Below are positions 37,001-39,882 of a DNA stretch of 39,882 nt, piece by piece. The DNA comes from Priapulus caudatus (taxonomy: Eukaryota). Under the pieces are notes generated by a model. That model was not told the origin of the DNA and did not search any database. It saw only the letters and a list, made by a program, of their open reading frames with translations. The DNA lies in contig NW_014577084.1 of NCBI RefSeq assembly GCF_000485595.1, forward strand, positions 42,616-82,497. The letters run 5' to 3'. How positions within the stretch are numbered: position 1 is the stretch's first letter; each line of letters opens with the position of its first letter. The position numbers and the translations under genes are program-made.

Positions 37001-37697
37001 GATATATTAATTGTATACATAAATGTATCATTATTTGAATTATTTACTGGTGATATATATAGATATGTGGCTGTGTGTGTCGGTGTGTGCTGTGTGTGGC
37101 TTTGTGTGTGCCTGCGTGCGTGCGTGCGTGTGGCTGCGTGGTCGTTCGCCGTGCGTGCGTGCGTGCGTGCGTACGTGCGCGTGCGTGTTGTGTGCTGTGG
37201 TGTGTCGCGGTGTGTGCTGCTCGCGCCGTGTGTGTGTCGTCGCGCGTTGGAGCGTGCGGGCATGCTAGCTAGCGTTATATCATGCCTATACTATTCGCTC
37301 GGTTTCTACAATAAAAAGAAAGGAATAAATAATTATATACAACACGGATATATATATATTATTATATATATATATATTAATTAATAAATAAGATTAAATA
37401 TTATAATATAATATATTATATTTATATATATATATATATTATGCGGCCCACTTTGTCACCGACAAAGAATCCATTGCCATATATATATATACACATATCA
37501 AAATGGTGGTGCCGGCGCGCCGCCGGCAAAAGATTTCTCTCGCAGACATCGTTAGTTACCACATGCTGTCGTCGGTAGTTGGTCGGTTTCCTGGAGTGAT
37601 CGATAACTTCCCGACACTGCAAGCCTACGTAGACCGCATCGGAGAGATCCCTAACATCAAGGCATGGGTGGAGAGCAGACCAGAGACGGAGTTTTGA
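31068..37697 (+). CDS. GST: Sigma-class GST unit 3 (exons 31068-31200, 31549-31641, 34919-35034, about 36837-36949 [frameshifted as assembled], 37533-37697)
   Basis: [33 protein letters not shown]..; exon sizes 133/93/116/165 identical to the paralogs; GC donor at 31201. Exon 5 aligns to the 1b exon 5 only with several indels, so this is either a gene with sequence errors or a pseudogene. Confidence 0.8.
32669..32838. repeat. Short tandem repeats inside the LTR element (about 15-bp AAATACCCGT units; 3 x 23-bp TTTTAGATAGAACAAYAAAACAA)
   Basis: Seen directly. Confidence 0.85.
32905..33381 (-). CDS. Hypothetical 158-aa Pro/Ser-rich protein with a Trp/Asp/Glu-rich C-terminus, inside the LTR element
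   Basis: ATG at 33381; sense to the element; GC-rich; no recognisable family. Confidence 0.3.
   Translation of the reverse strand: MSLVNAAQSRCRRMCAISWPLPDTPMRSLPQPTAPPAGTPSSPSRSPSTPAGIASTVRHRRQDSWPPLGAPGRPLQAVAGVPRRPSTTASTDELHAQLSDRWDNGNWEDEGDWEDIGHWKAVDDGDEEHWDLPGDDEPSYRVPKGDWHRLWPELFPAE
34152..34169 (-). other. tRNA-His primer-binding site
   Basis: 18 nt complementary to the 3' end ...AUCCUGGUCACGGCACCA of invertebrate (e.g. Drosophila) tRNA-His(GUG), 1 nt from the LTR. Confidence 0.9.
35081..36570. repeat. 1.5-kb pyrimidine-rich (CTTCCCCTCCCG)n minisatellite in GST unit 3 intron 4
   Basis: Degenerate 12-bp units; explains all the Pro- and Gly/Glu-rich ORFs in the track here. Confidence 0.95.
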
Positions 37698-38146
37698 AGA
37701 CGCAAGCGTGAAGCGCAGTCGAGAATAGAAGCGAACAAACACATTTATTCTTTGTATATCAGCTACAGCAATGTACAGTAATGTAGTGAATTAATCATTT
37801 GGTTATCAATTTCCTGACTGACATTTGCAAGTGGCTTCGCGTAGTAATTATTAGCGTAATCATATTCGCCGTAGGATACGCGTGCGTGTGGAAAAACGAC
37901 TTCATTACCGTCATGTTCAGTAAATAGTCATAATATACCTAAACGTGCACGTTAACATCATCAGTTCGTATTCCTGTCGACGCATGGAATTTTTTACGTC
38001 ACTGCACGTGACAGATAGACAGACATACATTGTTTATACGCAGACAGAGCCCGCGTATGTGTAACGGCGACACCAGGTTCGCATAAATAGGTAAGAACCT
38101 CTTACGGCTTATTCTAGCGGGAATATTGTTACTGGTGGTCTATGTG

Positions 38147-38537
38147 GAATCGTGTACCGGGGAGAAATACACATTTTTCCGGAAATAGCCGAACGGTAGT
38201 AGGGCGCAATTTCGGGATCGCGCGGGTCCATAATACACATGTGTACACATGTATACGCATTGTGAACCCTAGCCCTAACACTAACCCTAACCCTAACCCT
38301 AACCCTAAACCTAACCCGAACCCTAATTCTAACCTAACCCTAACCCTAACCCTAAACAGAAAAATAAAAAAATAAAATAAATAAAAACTAGACAGATGGG
38401 ATTCGAACCAACGACCTTTAAAACGTAACGCTCTACGAGCTCGGCTATTCAGCATTATTGAAAATAGCACATGACATATGCTAAATAAGCAAATACCCTG
38501 GTATGTAAAATGTGTATTTCTCCCTGGTGCAATAATC
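38147..38537. mobile_element. Mutator (MULE)-like MITE carrying a (TAACCC)n tract
   Basis: About 31-bp imperfect TIR GA..T(G/T)YACCRGGGAGAAATACACATTTT, G...C ends, exact 9-bp TSD GTCTATGTG (38138-38146 and 38538-38546); telomere-like repeats at 38265-38355. Confidence 0.85.
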
Positions 38538-38917
38538 GTCTATGTGTGGTTACTACGCTGTTGGTTGTAAGTTCCTACCAGCAGATGGCGTTGCATGTCA
38601 GTTCTTAGGACGGCGTGGTCGCGCGTTATTTCGTGAAGCAAAATTCTCATCATTAAAAAGACTATTTTTCAAATATTGGATCCCGCTGTGAATTTTCTCT
38701 TTCATATAATCATAATTAATTTCTCTATAAGTAATGTTATAATATCAATATTCTAATAAAATAATCCGACGCATAGATACACAATCTTGTAAATACATCA
38801 TTATAGAACAGATAATAATAATTCGTTACTAATTATATTATATTACCATCATTACCGTCCTCGTTACAACTAATAGATGCCGATACATTACAGATTCTTA
38901 CCTACATGATGTGTTAA

Positions 38918-39078
38918 AGTGCGTTCGTGCGCGCGCGTGCTTCTGTGCGTGCGTGTGTGCGCGTGTGTGTGTACGCGTGCGCGTGTGTTTGCTTGTATGC
39001 GTGTGTACGTGCGTACGTGCGTGCACGTGCGTGCGTGCGGGTGCGTGTTCGTGTGCATGCGTGTGCGCGCGTGTGTGT
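38918..39078. repeat. (GT)/(GCGT) microsatellite
   Basis: Seen directly. Confidence 0.9.
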
Positions 39079-39833
39079 CAACTAACTTTTGGTAATTATC
39101 TTGCGCGTGCATGCAAGCTTTAATCGTATAAATACAATATGTATGGCAATATCTTAAATTGCGCACGACTAGAGACAATCATCTCATCTTATCCGTTTTT
39201 GTCCGTGCCGACATCGCGACGTAGCGACTGCGCATGCGCTGCCGATAATTTCGGGGTGTGCTCCGTCGCTGCGCTCTGTCTCTTCGCACAGGTGCGACGG
39301 CAGTTGATGACAGAAGATACGCGTGTATATATCTGGCAACCCATTGATTGTATACGCTGTGCACATTAGTCATCTGGCTAGCTTTCTTACGGAGGATCGG
39401 GTATAGGGTTTCCATACGGGATCAATAGTAATACATCACGGTGAGTACTAGCTCCAAGAAACGGTATTGCTAGGGTTACAATACAATCCGTCGCACAGCC
39501 TGGTCGGGCTAGGTGAGTACATACGTACGTATTCTTTCTACGCGGGGAAAGAGGTAAGCGAAACGCGCCGACGACATTTTGCTGCTCTGATTTACCTACT
39601 ACTCTCGTCGAAGATATCGCCTCATTATATTTGTCAGCCTGCTATCTCTGTTTTACTCTTTGCTTGTTTTGCAGTCTCACTAACCATTTTTTGGCCGCTG
39701 CGGTAGGTATTTCGGTAAACAGAAACACAATGAGCGATGTAGACTTATTTGGTTTTGATCCGTTTCCGTTTTACTAGTTTCAATGACCACATCACACAAA
39801 GTGCGTTCACGCGAACAGATCAAGTGTTGCTCA

Positions 39834-39866
<33 letters not shown>

Positions 39867-39882
39867 TATATACTGTATATAT

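Noticed and set aside
38265..38355. True telomere or fusion scar
   Set aside because: Short, degenerate and enclosed by TIRs and a 9-bp TSD
39291..39710. Exon-like splice signals near the window end
   Set aside because: No consistent open frame or recognisable protein; cannot be supported without transcript data

Overview
Eukaryotic (invertebrate metazoan-type) genomic DNA, rich in introns and repeats, with five assembly gaps and some indel-noisy stretches. Two protein-coding loci can be supported, both on +. The first is a four-coding-exon KXD1 (KxDL motif, BORC subunit) gene at 13648-15936. The second is a tandem cluster of sigma-class glutathione S-transferases at 18.2-37.7 kb, with three TATA promoters and four copies of the N-terminal exons. 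The first GST unit contains an internal duplication of exons 2-4. The last GST has a GC-AG intron, an altered G-site loop, a frameshifted-looking exon 5, and a 2.9-kb antisense non-autonomous LTR retroelement in intron 3. That element has a tRNA-His primer-binding site, a PPT, about 98% identical LTRs and a Trp/acidic ORF instead of gag-pol. The rest is MITEs (hAT-, pogo/Tc1-, P/Galileo-, MULE- and Harbinger-like), Helentron-type HINEs, and mini- and microsatellites. Most long ORFs in the supplied track are repeat or gap artefacts.
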